A stretch of DNA of 62,996 bases. Origin: Clostridia bacterium (GTDB lineage Bacteria > Bacillota > Clostridia > UBA1381 > UBA9506). The stretch covers positions 1-62,996 of the forward strand of contig JAFWAT010000044.1 in assembly GCA_017507525.1 (NCBI GenBank), given 5' to 3'. A model generated the notes under the pieces. It saw only the letters and a program-made list of their open reading frames with translations, was not told the origin of the DNA and made no database searches. This document shows, piece by piece, positions 10,166 to 23,343 of this stretch. Positions within the stretch are counted from its first letter, which is position 1. Each line of letters starts with the position of its first letter. A program made the translations under genes and the position numbers.

Positions 10166-10810
10166 TTAGTCAAAAGCATCATTGTTTTCAATTTGCAGCT
10201 TACGCACCGCACTGTCAATGGCTTCAACTGAAAAACCGCGGGCAAGGCAATACCGTTTTGCTTTCATCAGGTTAGGAAAAGAAAAATCGCCTTTTAGCTT
10301 TTTTTCAAGCAAAGGTAAAACAGCATCGCTTTCATTCTGCGCATTCTCGCTTTCGTTAAGTTCAGCAAAAAGAGTATCTAAAATTTCCCGGCTGATGCCC
10401 TTCTCCATTAAATCATAGCGAATTTTGCGTGCGCCGCTTTTGCCGGTTTTGAGTGCTGATTCTATATAGTGCTTGGCATATAATGCATCATCAATATACC
10501 TATATTCTTTTAAAAAAGAAAGAACCCTTTCGATTGTATCAGGGTCACAGCCTCGCTCAAAAAGCTTGCGGCGGAGCGCCTTTTCCGTATAGCTATGACG
10601 GTCTAAGAGCTTTAAGGCATATTGCTTTGCATCCTGAACTAAAACCTCGTTGCATATTGTATCAAGCTCTTCTTCGCTTAGTGGTTTTCCCTCTTTTAAG
10701 TGAAAACGAAGCACATCAAAGTCAGAAATGCCAAAGGCAAAAGAGCCGTCTAAAAATACGGAACTGCGATTTTTGTGTTTTTTTTGGGGTTCAATTTTTG
10801 TAATAACCAT
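10166..10810 (-). CDS. recX: Recombination regulator RecX
   Basis: I moved the start to MVITKIEPQKKHKNRSSVFLDGSF (ATG 10810), because the track extension reads through the upstream terminator. Three-repeat helical RecX pattern (...YIDDALYAKHYIES...). Confidence 0.85.
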   Translation of the reverse strand: MVITKIEPQKKHKNRSSVFLDGSFAFGISDFDVLRFHLKEGKPLSEEELDTICNEVLVQDAKQYALKLLDRHSYTEKALRRKLFERGCDPDTIERVLSFLKEYRYIDDALYAKHYIESALKTGKSGARKIRYDLMEKGISREILDTLFAELNESENAQNESDAVLPLLEKKLKGDFSFPNLMKAKRYCLARGFSVEAIDSAVRKLQIENNDAFD

Positions 10811-10822
10811 AATGCTTCTCCG

Positions 10823-10881
10823 AAAAAAACAAGCTGCTGCCAAACGGATAACAGATGGATGCGTCCGATTAGGCAACAGCT
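10823..10881 (-). terminator. Long hairpin plus T-run after the oxidoreductase beta subunit
   Basis: On the minus strand, AGCTGTTGCC...GGCAGCAGCT (one G-U pair) encloses an inner CGGA...TCCG stem and is followed by TGTTTTTTT. Confidence 0.5.
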
Positions 10882-10903
10882 CGAGTTATTCTGATGGTTC
10901 CTC

Positions 10904-11641
10904 TTAAAGCTTGTCGCAATAAACGCCCAGAGGATAATAAGGCAGCATGTTTTCCTGCAGCCATTTCATAGCTTCTTCAGGAGATAAGCCCCAGTTAGTA
11001 GGACAGGTTGAAACAACCTCAACCAAAGAGAAGCCCTTCTTCTCAACCTGACAGGTAAATGCCTTTTTAATAGCTTTTTTTGCCTGGTTAATGTTTTTAA
11101 CACAGTCTACAGCAACACGTTCAATGTAAGCAGGACCGTCTAAGGTAGAAAGCATTTCGCTGACACGCAGGGGGAAGCCCTGTGTTTCGGTGTTTCTGCC
11201 ATAGGGAGAGGTCTGGGTAACCTGACCAGGTAAGGTGGTCGGTGCCATCTGACCGCCTGTCATACCGTAGATTGCATTATTAATAAAGATAATGGTAATG
11301 TTTTCACCACGTGCTGCAGCGTGAACGGTTTCAGCCGTACCGATAGCAGCTAAGTCACCGTCACCCTGATAGGTAAAGACGATGTTATCCTGATTGGTAC
11401 GTTTGATGCCGGTAGCAACAGCAGGCGCACGGCCATGAGCTGCTTCTACCATATCGCAGTTAAAGTAATCATAAGCAAAAACTGAGCAGCCAACAGGTGC
11501 AACACCAACAGTTTTGCCCTCAATACCCAATTCGTCAATAACTTCTGCAACCAAACGGTGCACAATACCATGGGTACAACCGGGGCAATAATGCAGAGGC
11601 ACATCGCACAGTGCATGGGGTTTTTTAAATACTTGTTTCAT
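10904..11641 (-). CDS. 2-oxoacid:ferredoxin oxidoreductase, beta (TPP-binding) subunit
   Basis: 245 aa. CPGCTHG near the N-terminus and the GDGD TPP motif (YQGDGDLAAIG). Confidence 0.92.
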   Translation of the reverse strand: MKQVFKKPHALCDVPLHYCPGCTHGIVHRLVAEVIDELGIEGKTVGVAPVGCSVFAYDYFNCDMVEAAHGRAPAVATGIKRTNQDNIVFTYQGDGDLAAIGTAETVHAAARGENITIIFINNAIYGMTGGQMAPTTLPGQVTQTSPYGRNTETQGFPLRVSEMLSTLDGPAYIERVAVDCVKNINQAKKAIKKAFTCQVEKKGFSLVEVVSTCPTNWGLSPEEAMKWLQENMLPYYPLGVYCDKL

Positions 11642-12705
11642 TATGCGATACCTCCTACGATTTCTTTCATTTTTTCAATAATTTCGTTAGGATACGGAAT
11701 ATTGCCGCCCCATCTGCCGTAGAAATGAACGGGAACTTTAGATTCTACAGCCAGCTTAACATCATCAACCATCTGCCCCAGACTCATTTCAACAGATAAA
11801 ATAGCCTTAACCTGACCCACATACTGCCGGTAAGCTTCCTTCGGGAAGGGCCACAGGGTAATGGGACGGATGAGACCTGCCTTAATGCCCTGCTCACGCA
11901 GTTCATCAACCGCATTTTTGGCAATACGAGCAGTAGAACCGTATGCAGTAATCATATATTCAGCATCGTCCATACGATATGCTTCATATTTGGTTTCGGT
12001 TGCTTCAATCTGCAGATATTTCTTGTTACGCTCGGTAACAATCTTTTCTAAAACATCAGGCTGGATGTACAGAGAATTCACTACATTATGTTCACGTTCC
12101 ATTTTGGTTCCGTTTGTAGCCCATGTTTTTTCCGGCAATTTTCTGCCTTCGGGCAGTTCAAAGGTAACCGGCTCCATCATCTGACCCAGCGTACCATCAC
12201 CCAAAATCATAACGGGCATTCTATAAAAATCAGCCAGATCAAAAGCTTCTGCTGTTAAATTAATAATTTCTTGAACGGAAGCAGGTGCCAAAACAATCAT
12301 TTTATAATCGCCATGACCCAAACCCTTGGTCGCCTGATGATAGTCAGACTGTGAGGGCTGAATACCGCCGAGACCCGGACCCGCACGCATAATGTTAACC
12401 ACCACTGCGGGCAAATCAGCGCCGGCAATATAAGAAATTGCTTCAGCTTTTAAGCTGATACCCGGACTGGAGGAAGATGTCATAACCCTGGCGCCTGCAG
12501 CCGCTGCACCGTAAACCATGTTACATGCAGACACTTCACTTTCTGCCTGCAGAAAAACGCCGCCAATTTTCGGCATACGCTTCGCCATGTAAGCTGAGAT
12601 TTCTGTCTGCGGCGTAATGGGATAGCCGAAGAAATATCGGCAGCCGGCCAGAATTGCAGCTTCAGCGATAGCTTCATTGCCTTTTAACAAAACCTTTTCA
12701 GCCAT
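11641..12705 (-). CDS. 2-oxoacid:ferredoxin oxidoreductase, alpha subunit
   Basis: MAEKVLLKGNEAIAEAAILAGCRYFFGYPITPQTE is a typical OFOR alpha N-terminus. ATG 12705 lies 8 nt after GGAG. The track starts at GTG 12714. Confidence 0.92.
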   Translation of the reverse strand: MAEKVLLKGNEAIAEAAILAGCRYFFGYPITPQTEISAYMAKRMPKIGGVFLQAESEVSACNMVYGAAAAGARVMTSSSSPGISLKAEAISYIAGADLPAVVVNIMRAGPGLGGIQPSQSDYHQATKGLGHGDYKMIVLAPASVQEIINLTAEAFDLADFYRMPVMILGDGTLGQMMEPVTFELPEGRKLPEKTWATNGTKMEREHNVVNSLYIQPDVLEKIVTERNKKYLQIEATETKYEAYRMDDAEYMITAYGSTARIAKNAVDELREQGIKAGLIRPITLWPFPKEAYRQYVGQVKAILSVEMSLGQMVDDVKLAVESKVPVHFYGRWGGNIPYPNEIIEKMKEIVGGIA

Positions 12706-12738
12706 TTTATACACTCCACTTCTTTGCGATGTACTTTC

Positions 12739-12945
12739 TTATCTAAACACTTCAATTACACAATCAGGACAAATGGTGGCACACATAGCGCAACCAATAC
12801 ATTTTTCCTGTTCGGTAACCTCAACAGGACGAAAACCTTTTGCATTCATTCTGTCCTCAGCGATTTTGATAATCTTGTTGGGACAGGCAGTAACGCACAG
12901 GTAACAGCCCTTACATTTTTCTTCAAAAAAGACTACCTTTGCCAT
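12739..12945 (-). CDS. 4Fe-4S dicluster ferredoxin-type delta subunit of the oxidoreductase
   Basis: Two CxxCxxCxxxCP motifs (CKGCYLCVTACP and CIGCAMCATICP). ATG 12945 lies 6 nt after GGAGAG. The track starts at 12957. Confidence 0.88.
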   Translation of the reverse strand: MAKVVFFEEKCKGCYLCVTACPNKIIKIAEDRMNAKGFRPVEVTEQEKCIGCAMCATICPDCVIEVFR

Positions 12946-12994
12946 GATTCTCTCCATTTCCGCTGTGCATTTGCCACAGCAAATTTGATATAAT

Positions 12995-13657
12995 TTAAAA
13001 TTTTAAAGCCATATAACGGTCAATCGAAAACGTAGGAACTGAAAAATCGGGCGGAAGTGCCTCTAATACTGAGGAAAGCCCTGCAGCATACACGCAGGGA
13101 ATACCGGTTTTTTGTGAAACCTCATCGGTAACCGCCTGCCCTGCTAAAAGCTCAGCTTTCGTTGTTAAACCGGCTAAATTTGAGCTGTTTACAAGCCCGG
13201 TAACCTGTAAGCGGCTAACAGCTTCAATGTTTGCAATCATATCACAAACAGACTGGCAATCAGCAGTGAGCGGTCGAAAAACATTGATAACAAACAGCAT
13301 TTCAGGCGTTTCTGCATCAAAATATTGCTTATACCGCCCCAGAGCGATAGCGCCGTCATCATCACCGCCAACATCAAATACAACGGCAGCATCTTTCTCT
13401 GCAAACACACGGTAAATATCAGCAGGCAGTGACGGAACATCTACGTTACTGCTGGCATAGGGTGAAGCAATCACAGATATGCCCATGGCTTCAAGCTTCG
13501 CCTTTTCGTCATTCGTTCTGAAATACGGATTGACAATATCCAAATCAACAATATAAACCTTTTGATAGGATTTTTTCAAAGACAGAGCATAATTAATGGC
13601 AAATTCGGTTTTGCCGCTTCCGTAATGACCGACAATGACATGAATTCTCTGCTCCAT
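12995..13657 (-). CDS. Uncharacterised P-loop NTPase (SIMIBI/MinD-GPN-like)
   Basis: MEQRIHVIVGHYGSGKTEF (Walker A), VDLDIVNPYF, and FDVGGDDDG (Walker B-like). I moved the start to ATG 13657. It is co-directional with the oxidoreductase genes, 37 nt upstream. Confidence 0.7.
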   Translation of the reverse strand: MEQRIHVIVGHYGSGKTEFAINYALSLKKSYQKVYIVDLDIVNPYFRTNDEKAKLEAMGISVIASPYASSNVDVPSLPADIYRVFAEKDAAVVFDVGGDDDGAIALGRYKQYFDAETPEMLFVINVFRPLTADCQSVCDMIANIEAVSRLQVTGLVNSSNLAGLTTKAELLAGQAVTDEVSQKTGIPCVYAAGLSSVLEALPPDFSVPTFSIDRYMALKF

Positions 13658-13787
13658 AGAAAAATCCCTTCTTTTCAATTTATACATTTATTATATCATA
13701 TTGGCATCACTTTGTACAGCAATTTTCTAAAAAAAATAAAGAAAGCGACATTTTTTTTACTTTCAATTGCTTTTTTAAGCTGTTTCT

Positions 13788-13898
13788 TTAAAAATATCCT
13801 AAAATTCCTGCAACAGTAGAATAAATAACGGTGCCAAACATGGCTGCAGCACAGATCATAGCTATCATACGAACAATTTTTTTCTGATTCTTTCTCAT
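13788..13898 (-). CDS. Unannotated 36-aa small membrane peptide (hypothetical)
   Basis: My translation: MRKNQKKIVRMIAMICAAAMFGTVIYSTVAGILGYF. It has a basic N-terminus and one hydrophobic helix. AAAGGAG lies 9 nt upstream of the ATG. It is below the 60-aa track cutoff. Confidence 0.4.
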   Translation of the reverse strand: MRKNQKKIVRMIAMICAAAMFGTVIYSTVAGILGYF

Positions 13899-14023
13899 AT
13901 CACTCTACTCCTTTCTACTCATGGTAACACAGAGATATTACAAATTTATTAATTTATAGCTCTTATACATAATAAATTTATAATTTGACCAAGCTATGTA
14001 GGAAAAGACAAGGAGTGATACAC

Positions 14024-14713
14024 ATGATGGTAACGCTTGTTAGAACCGTAATTTTATACATATTGGTGGTGCTGGCACTCAGACTTATGGGTAAGCGCCA
14101 AATCGGTCAATTGCAGCCCTCTGAGCTGGTAATCGCCATGATGCTCTCAGAGCTTGCGGCAATTCCGGTTGAAAATGTGGGAACACCGCTACTCACCGGT
14201 GTGATTCCGATTTTTACATTAATTATTGCAGAAACAACATTTTCCTATGTTACACTAAAAAATCGCAAGCTAAGAAAAATCCTATCCGGTTCCCCCACTG
14301 TTTTAATCTCCAAGGGACAAATTTTAGAAAAGGAGATGGAGCGGCTCCGGTTTAATATTGATGACCTGATGGAAGAGCTTCGCTCCTGCGGGTACCCGAA
14401 TATTTTAGAAATAGAATATGCAATTATTGAATCTAACGGTAATTTAAGTGTGATTCCAAAGTCAAATAAGCGTCCCCTAACGCCGGATGATCTGGGCATT
14501 AGTCCTCAATATGAAGGCATCCCCTATCTTTTGGTTTCAGATGGAGTTGTCAACAAAGATGCCATGAAACAAGCCGGTGTGAATGTTGAATGGTTACTTC
14601 GTCATTTAAATGAATTCGATATTCACAACATAGAGGATGTATTTATCGCCACCGTTGATTCAGCGGGGAATTTCTTTATTCAAAAAAAGAAGAAAAAGAG
14701 TGAAAAACAATGA
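14024..14713 (+). CDS. DUF421 (YetF-like) membrane protein
   Basis: MMVTLVRTVILYILVVLALRLMGKRQIGQLQPSELV is the characteristic DUF421 N-terminus. ATG 14024 follows AAGGAG. The track starts upstream at TTG 13985. Confidence 0.85.
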   Translation: MMVTLVRTVILYILVVLALRLMGKRQIGQLQPSELVIAMMLSELAAIPVENVGTPLLTGVIPIFTLIIAETTFSYVTLKNRKLRKILSGSPTVLISKGQILEKEMERLRFNIDDLMEELRSCGYPNILEIEYAIIESNGNLSVIPKSNKRPLTPDDLGISPQYEGIPYLLVSDGVVNKDAMKQAGVNVEWLLRHLNEFDIHNIEDVFIATVDSAGNFFIQKKKKKSEKQ

Positions 14714-15090
14714 AAAGCTTTATAGGTGCTATGGTCATCTTTGCATTTATTTTTGCAGGCACAGGTTATTATTCAAAGGTATTATCTGCCGAAATTAACC
14801 ATTTAGAACAACGACTTTCAGAGGTTACAGACTGTTTGCAGCATGATGACTGGGAAGGATGCAAAGAAAAAACAGATGCTCTTATGCATGATTGGAACAA
14901 AGCACAAAAATGGTTAAAATCCATTGTAAATCACAAGGAGATTGATTTAATTCTGCAAACATTGTATGAGATGAAGGGTTACGTTGATGTAGAAAATAAA
15001 GACGAAGCCTTGATAAAAGCCGGCGTTTTAAAAATGTTCTTTCAGCATATCCCGGAAAACGAGGCACTATCGATAATGAATATTTTATAA
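14710..15090 (+). CDS. DUF4363-like small membrane-anchored protein
   Basis: 126 aa with a 4-nt overlap with the DUF421 gene. It has an N-terminal TM and a helical body. The DUF421/DUF4363 pairing is common in Clostridia (from recall). Confidence 0.75.
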   Translation: MKSFIGAMVIFAFIFAGTGYYSKVLSAEINHLEQRLSEVTDCLQHDDWEGCKEKTDALMHDWNKAQKWLKSIVNHKEIDLILQTLYEMKGYVDVENKDEALIKAGVLKMFFQHIPENEALSIMNIL

Positions 15091-15221
15091 AATCAAATCA
15101 CCGATTCTGCGCATAAAACATACAATGGAATTGTACCGGCTGAAGAGCTTTCTTTAGCTGTTTATATAAACCGGGGGCGGTTTTTATGCCGCCCCCATAG
15201 GTATACAAAGGATGTGAACCC

Positions 15222-15386
15222 TTGACAAACATTAACTGTGCTAAAAAATGCAAATATCAAATTGACGGAAAATGTTCCTGCGATAGTGTTATGCTGCCTT
15301 TTTTAAATGCCGAAACAGCCGGAGACCCGGAGTGCCCCTATCAGGCAGAACCTCATCATGATATCATAAAAAAAGACCTGCTGTAA
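15222..15386 (+). CDS. Unannotated 54-aa Cys-rich small protein (hypothetical)
   Basis: My translation from TTG 15222: MTNINCAKKCKYQIDGKCSCDSVMLPFLNAETAGDPECPYQAEPHHDIIKKDLL. AAAGGA lies 9 nt upstream. The ORF ends inside the bidirectional terminator. It is below the track cutoff. Confidence 0.35.
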   Translation: MTNINCAKKCKYQIDGKCSCDSVMLPFLNAETAGDPECPYQAEPHHDIIKKDLL

Positions 15387-15410
15387 AGCTACCTGCAGCA
15401 GGTCTTTTTT
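15368..15410. terminator. Bidirectional rho-independent terminator (small ORF on plus, rlmH on minus)
   Basis: AAAAAA-GACCTGCTG-(12-nt loop)-CAGCAGGTC-TTTTTT. An A-run and a T-run flank a 9-bp stem. Confidence 0.8.
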
Positions 15411-15888
15411 ACTTATGATAACTTTCATTAGCATTAATTTTGTAAGCGCGGTACACTTGCTCCAGGAGAATCACCCGCATGAGTTGGTGCGGAAAAGTCA
15501 TAGCGGAAAAGGAAAGCCGAAAATCGCTGCGTTTTTTGACCGCCTCTGACAAGCCGCAGGAGCCGCCAATTACAAACACAAGACGCGAGGCACCTTTTTG
15601 AAAAACAAGCTCCAGCTCTTTTGCGAAGCTTTCAGACGATAGGCTTTTCCCCTCAACACAAAGCGAAATAACAAAATCTCTGTCCGAGATCTTAGAAAGA
15701 ATTCGCTCCCCTTCCCGTTCCATAGCTTGCGCTATCTGGGCGTTTGATGCCTGTTCAGGGGTCGCTTCATCTTTAAACTCCGTAATCGTCAAATTACAAA
15801 ACCGGGAAAGACGTTTTTTATATTCTTCACAAGCATCCTTTAAATACTTTTCTTTTAATTTTCCAACACATAAAATCTCAACTTGCAT
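15409..15888 (-). CDS. rlmH: 23S rRNA (pseudouridine1915-N3)-methyltransferase RlmH
   Basis: 159 aa. MQVEILCVGKLKEKYL... through ...LSFSAMTFPHQLMRVILLEQVYRA is the SPOUT RlmH signature. Confidence 0.95.
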   Translation of the reverse strand: MQVEILCVGKLKEKYLKDACEEYKKRLSRFCNLTITEFKDEATPEQASNAQIAQAMEREGERILSKISDRDFVISLCVEGKSLSSESFAKELELVFQKGASRLVFVIGGSCGLSEAVKKRSDFRLSFSAMTFPHQLMRVILLEQVYRAYKINANESYHK

Positions 15889-15890
15889 AG

Positions 15891-16667
15891 TTACTCCTGC
15901 GATATCCAGTATTTTGGCAGAACGTTTAACGATATACCGTTTCCCACGGTCAAACCTTCATTATGTAACACATTAGAGACGGTTTCATATGCCAAAGAGG
16001 GCAAATTGTTTTCTGCCGATAAATGCCCCAGCCAGAAGGAACAGGTTCCGCTTTTAGCAAGGCGGGCACACAGCGCGCCGCAGTTTTTGTTAGAAAGATG
16101 CCCCAAATTCCCCAAAATTCGTTTTTTCAGATAAAAGGGGTACTTCCCGTGGTTAAGCATATCAACATCGTGGTTTGCCTCGATAATGACGGCGTCACTG
16201 CCTGATAGATTCTCTTCCACCTCTTTTGTGATATGTCCTAAATCCGTAGCGATGGTAAATTTATGGTTATCTGTTAGAAAGCTATAGCCAACAGGGTCAC
16301 CGGCGTCATGCGGGATAGAAAAGCTTCGAACACAGAGCTCGCCAAAATCCATTTCCTGTTCCGTGATGCATCGGTTCTCTTCACGGACACTGCCAATAGA
16401 ATCACCAATGGCAGCCCAGGTTTTTTCTGTGGCATAAATCGGCACATTGTATTTTCTGGATAAAACCCCGGCACCGGCAATATGGTCCCGGTGTTCATGG
16501 GTGATTAATATACCGGATAAAGATTCCGGAGAAGCGCCAATCCGACGCATGCACTCAGTTATGTATTTTCCGTTTGTACCGCAGTCAACAAGCAGTGAAA
16601 CGGAATCATCGGTCACAAAGGTTGCATTCCCTGATGAGCCACTTAAAAAAGATTGAAACTTAATCAC
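15891..16667 (-). CDS. MBL-fold metallo-hydrolase (YycJ/WalJ-like)
   Basis: 258 aa. The HEHRDH motif (THEHRDHIAG) is present. The GTG start overlaps the upstream stop (GTGA). Confidence 0.88.
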   Translation of the reverse strand: MIKFQSFLSGSSGNATFVTDDSVSLLVDCGTNGKYITECMRRIGASPESLSGILITHEHRDHIAGAGVLSRKYNVPIYATEKTWAAIGDSIGSVREENRCITEQEMDFGELCVRSFSIPHDAGDPVGYSFLTDNHKFTIATDLGHITKEVEENLSGSDAVIIEANHDVDMLNHGKYPFYLKKRILGNLGHLSNKNCGALCARLAKSGTCSFWLGHLSAENNLPSLAYETVSNVLHNEGLTVGNGISLNVLPKYWISQE

Positions 16668-17104
16668 TCTACCACAACGCCCTTTTGCAGCATAATATTT
16701 GCATAAATTGCTGTTTCGCCTGTTGCAATTATCGCATAGGCTTTTTTTGCCCGTTCATAAAACTCAAACCGTTCTACTTCCGCAAAAGCCGCATCGCCTC
16801 GCTCATCAACCTCAGATACCAGCTTTTTATAAACATCCCAAATTGGTGTTTTTGCATTATCCTTCGGCATAACCTGCATTAAGGATACCGGTTTTTCTAC
16901 ATAAGTATCTAAAGGCAAAACCTTTAAAATAGCTTTTAACAGTTCAGGCACGCCATGTCCGTCTGCACGAATGACAACGGCATCTTTTCCAATGGTTTCT
17001 GCGGGAAAATTACCATCAGCAATCACGATGGTGTCACTGTGGCCCATTTCACATAAAACTTTGAGTAGCTCAGGGGATAAAATTGATGGAATTCCTTTTA
17101 ACAT
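16664..17104 (-). CDS. fucU: RbsD/FucU-family sugar mutarotase
   Basis: MLKGIPSILSPELLKVLCEMGHSDTIVIADGNFP matches the FucU N-terminus as I recall it from E. coli. I chose ATG 17104; the track ORF extends to 17158 and would overlap atpC. Confidence 0.8.
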   Translation of the reverse strand: MLKGIPSILSPELLKVLCEMGHSDTIVIADGNFPAETIGKDAVVIRADGHGVPELLKAILKVLPLDTYVEKPVSLMQVMPKDNAKTPIWDVYKKLVSEVDERGDAAFAEVERFEFYERAKKAYAIIATGETAIYANIMLQKGVVVE

Positions 17105-17123
17105 ATCTTGCATAACCTCTTTT

Positions 17124-19608
<2,485 letters not shown>

Positions 19609-19612
19609 AGAA

Positions 19613-21106
19613 TCACCTCTGCATTTTGCCAAGTGCTTCTTTTAACAGTTCAAAATCAGCATCATCGGCATATCCGGCTTCAAAGCGTTCCAAAAGCTTG
19701 CTGTATTCGTTCTCTAAACGTTCATATAACGCCTGTTCGTAGGATTTTACCTCACTGACAGCAATATTATTTAAATAGCCGTTGATTGCGGCATATATAA
19801 TCGCCACCTGACAACCCACACGCACCGGTGAATTTCTGTCCTGCTTTAAAACCTCAACAATTCGCTCACCCAAAGCAAGACGGGCTTTTGTATCCGCATC
19901 CAAATCGCTGCCGAACTGTGCAAAGGACTGCAGCTCACGGTATTGTGAATAAATCAGCTTTAGTTCACCGGATACCTTTTTCATTGCCTTAAGCTGTGCA
20001 GAACCACCAACACGGCTGACGGAAATACCCGGGTTAATCGCCGGCATAACACCGGCATGAAACAGTTCGGTTTCAAGGAAAATCTGACCGTCAGTAATGG
20101 AAATAACGTTGGTGGGGATATACGCCGAAACGTCACCTGCCTGGGTTTCGATTAAGGGCAACGCCGTAATAGAACCGCCGCCGTATGCTTCTGACACACA
20201 GGCAGCACGCTCTAAAAGCCTTGAATGGAGATAAAATACATCACCGGGGTACGCTTCACGTCCCGGCGGACGGCGAATTAACAATGACAACGCACGGTAT
20301 GCCACAGCGTGCTTTGACAAATCGTCATAAATAATCAGAACATCCCTTCCCTGCTCTCTGAAATATTCTGCCATGGCACAACCGGAATATGGTGCCACAT
20401 ATTGAAGCGGTGCCGATTCAGAGGCTGAAGCCGAAACAATAATAGTATATTCCATTGCACCGGCACGGGATAGCTCGTTTGCAAGCTGAACCACCGAGGA
20501 ATTTTTTTGACCAATGGCAACATAGATACAAATGACATCGGTATTTTTTTGATTCATAATGGTATCAATGGCGATTTCAGTTTTACCTGTCTGGCGGTCA
20601 CCAATAATCAGCTCACGCTGCCCACGACCGATAGGAATCATGCTGTCAATTGCTTTAATTCCCGTCTGCAGTGGCACAGATACGCTTTTTCTCTCAATGA
20701 TACCCGGTGCTTCCGATTCAATGGGGCGCTCCTCTTTTGTATCAATAGGGCCTTTTCCGTCAATGGGTTGACCCAGTGCGTCCACAACACGACCGAGCAA
20801 AGCCTCACCTACCGGAACAGAAACAACACGGCCTGTTCTTTTTACGGTTGAGCCCTCTCTGATTTCGTTGTTGTCTGATAAAAGGGCAACAGAAACGGTT
20901 TCACTCTCCAGGTTCTGTGCCATACCAAAGCTACCGTCTTCAAATTCAACCAGTTCGCTCGCCATACAGTCTCGCAGACCGTATACACGTGCAATACCGT
21001 CACCAACCAAAATAACAGTACCGGTTTCACGCATTTCAATGCGAGAATTATATTGCTTAATTTGTTCTTTTATAATATTACTGATTTCCTCAGGTCTTGC
21101 ATTCAT
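19613..21106 (-). CDS. atpA: F1 ATP synthase alpha subunit
   Basis: 497 aa. Walker A GDRQTGKT. Confidence 0.98.
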   Translation of the reverse strand: MNARPEEISNIIKEQIKQYNSRIEMRETGTVILVGDGIARVYGLRDCMASELVEFEDGSFGMAQNLESETVSVALLSDNNEIREGSTVKRTGRVVSVPVGEALLGRVVDALGQPIDGKGPIDTKEERPIESEAPGIIERKSVSVPLQTGIKAIDSMIPIGRGQRELIIGDRQTGKTEIAIDTIMNQKNTDVICIYVAIGQKNSSVVQLANELSRAGAMEYTIIVSASASESAPLQYVAPYSGCAMAEYFREQGRDVLIIYDDLSKHAVAYRALSLLIRRPPGREAYPGDVFYLHSRLLERAACVSEAYGGGSITALPLIETQAGDVSAYIPTNVISITDGQIFLETELFHAGVMPAINPGISVSRVGGSAQLKAMKKVSGELKLIYSQYRELQSFAQFGSDLDADTKARLALGERIVEVLKQDRNSPVRVGCQVAIIYAAINGYLNNIAVSEVKSYEQALYERLENEYSKLLERFEAGYADDADFELLKEALGKMQR

Positions 21107-21639
21107 CTGCTGATCACATCCTTTATATCACCAAGACGACGACGCAGGCTTGCATCAATCACCTTACCGTCTATTTCAATAATCATACCGCCTAAAATCC
21201 CGGCATCAACTGCAGCATCCAGCACAACAGGATGCGCAAATTTAGCTTCCAGTTTTTTCTGCAGGGAACTCTCTTCATCTTGGGTAAGCGGCACTGCACT
21301 TGTAACTTTTGCTGTCAAAATTTGAGTGGCTAATGCATACAGTCGCTCAAATTCCTTAATGGCTTCCATAAGATACTGAATGTAAGAACGCTCGCAAAGT
21401 ATCTTTAGAAAAGAAATCACATGCATGTGCAGCGAGCCAAAAGCCTCGTCAATTGCACGCAAACGATCTTCAATAGAAATGGCAGGTGACGCAAGCAAAG
21501 CAAGATACCCTTCATTTTCCTGAACGATATCAGAGACTAAAGCTAATGACTCAGATATTTCCTGACAGCAATTTTCTTCAGAAGCAAGCATAAAAAGCGC
21601 AGCGGCATATTCTTTACTCATGTCCGTCATTGTCATCAC
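21103..21639 (-). CDS. atpH: F1 ATP synthase delta (OSCP) subunit
   Basis: 178 aa, positioned between atpF and atpA. C-terminal ...[16 protein letters not shown]. The exact start is ambiguous, with several Met codons at 21621-21639. Confidence 0.9.
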   Translation of the reverse strand: MMTMTDMSKEYAAALFMLASEENCCQEISESLALVSDIVQENEGYLALLASPAISIEDRLRAIDEAFGSLHMHVISFLKILCERSYIQYLMEAIKEFERLYALATQILTAKVTSAVPLTQDEESSLQKKLEAKFAHPVVLDAAVDAGILGGMIIEIDGKVIDASLRRRLGDIKDVISR

Positions 21640-22129
21640 CTATTGTGTCAATCACAGAATCAATCAAACTCCGGTGATCGTCCATATTAATTTCTCTGGC
21701 AAGCAGCTTCTCTGTCAAAACGGCTGAAACGTTTACAATTTCCTGCTTAATGCCATCCGTTGCCTGTTTGCGGCGCAGAGAGGCTTCTGTTTCTGCCTGG
21801 CGGACAATGCCATCTGCTTTATCCTGTGCTTCTTCAATCATCTTTTCACTACGCCACATTGCACTGTCAGTCGCTTTTTGAATAATTGCCGTGGCTTCTC
21901 TATCTGCGCCATCCAGCTTCTCTTTCCATAAAAGTTTCTCTTCCATAGCCTTCTCTTTTGCTTGGTCTGCATCGTAATAAAGCTTGTCCAATGCTGACTG
22001 CCGTTGCGACAGCATTTTTTGAACAGGCCCGAACAAGAATTTTTTAACTAATAAAAACAAAATAAGAAGATTTGCAATTGAGATTAAAATCTGCCAGAGA
22101 TTGACAGAAATAACAGCCAAAGATTGCAT
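21614..22129 (-). CDS. atpF: Fo ATP synthase b subunit
   Basis: 171 aa. An N-terminal TM followed by a long charged helix. Confidence 0.92.
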   Translation of the reverse strand: MQSLAVISVNLWQILISIANLLILFLLVKKFLFGPVQKMLSQRQSALDKLYYDADQAKEKAMEEKLLWKEKLDGADREATAIIQKATDSAMWRSEKMIEEAQDKADGIVRQAETEASLRRKQATDGIKQEIVNVSAVLTEKLLAREINMDDHRSLIDSVIDTIGDDNDGHE

Positions 22130-22163
22130 GGTTTGTTCACTCCAAAATTAATCTTACAAAGGT

Positions 22164-23332
<1,169 letters not shown>

Positions 23333-23343
<11 letters not shown>

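Noticed and set aside
15173-15196. The GGGGGCGG/CCGCCCCC hairpin as a canonical intrinsic terminator for the DUF4363 gene
   Set aside because: The stem is strong, but no T-run follows on either strand. I kept it only as context for the small-ORF finding.
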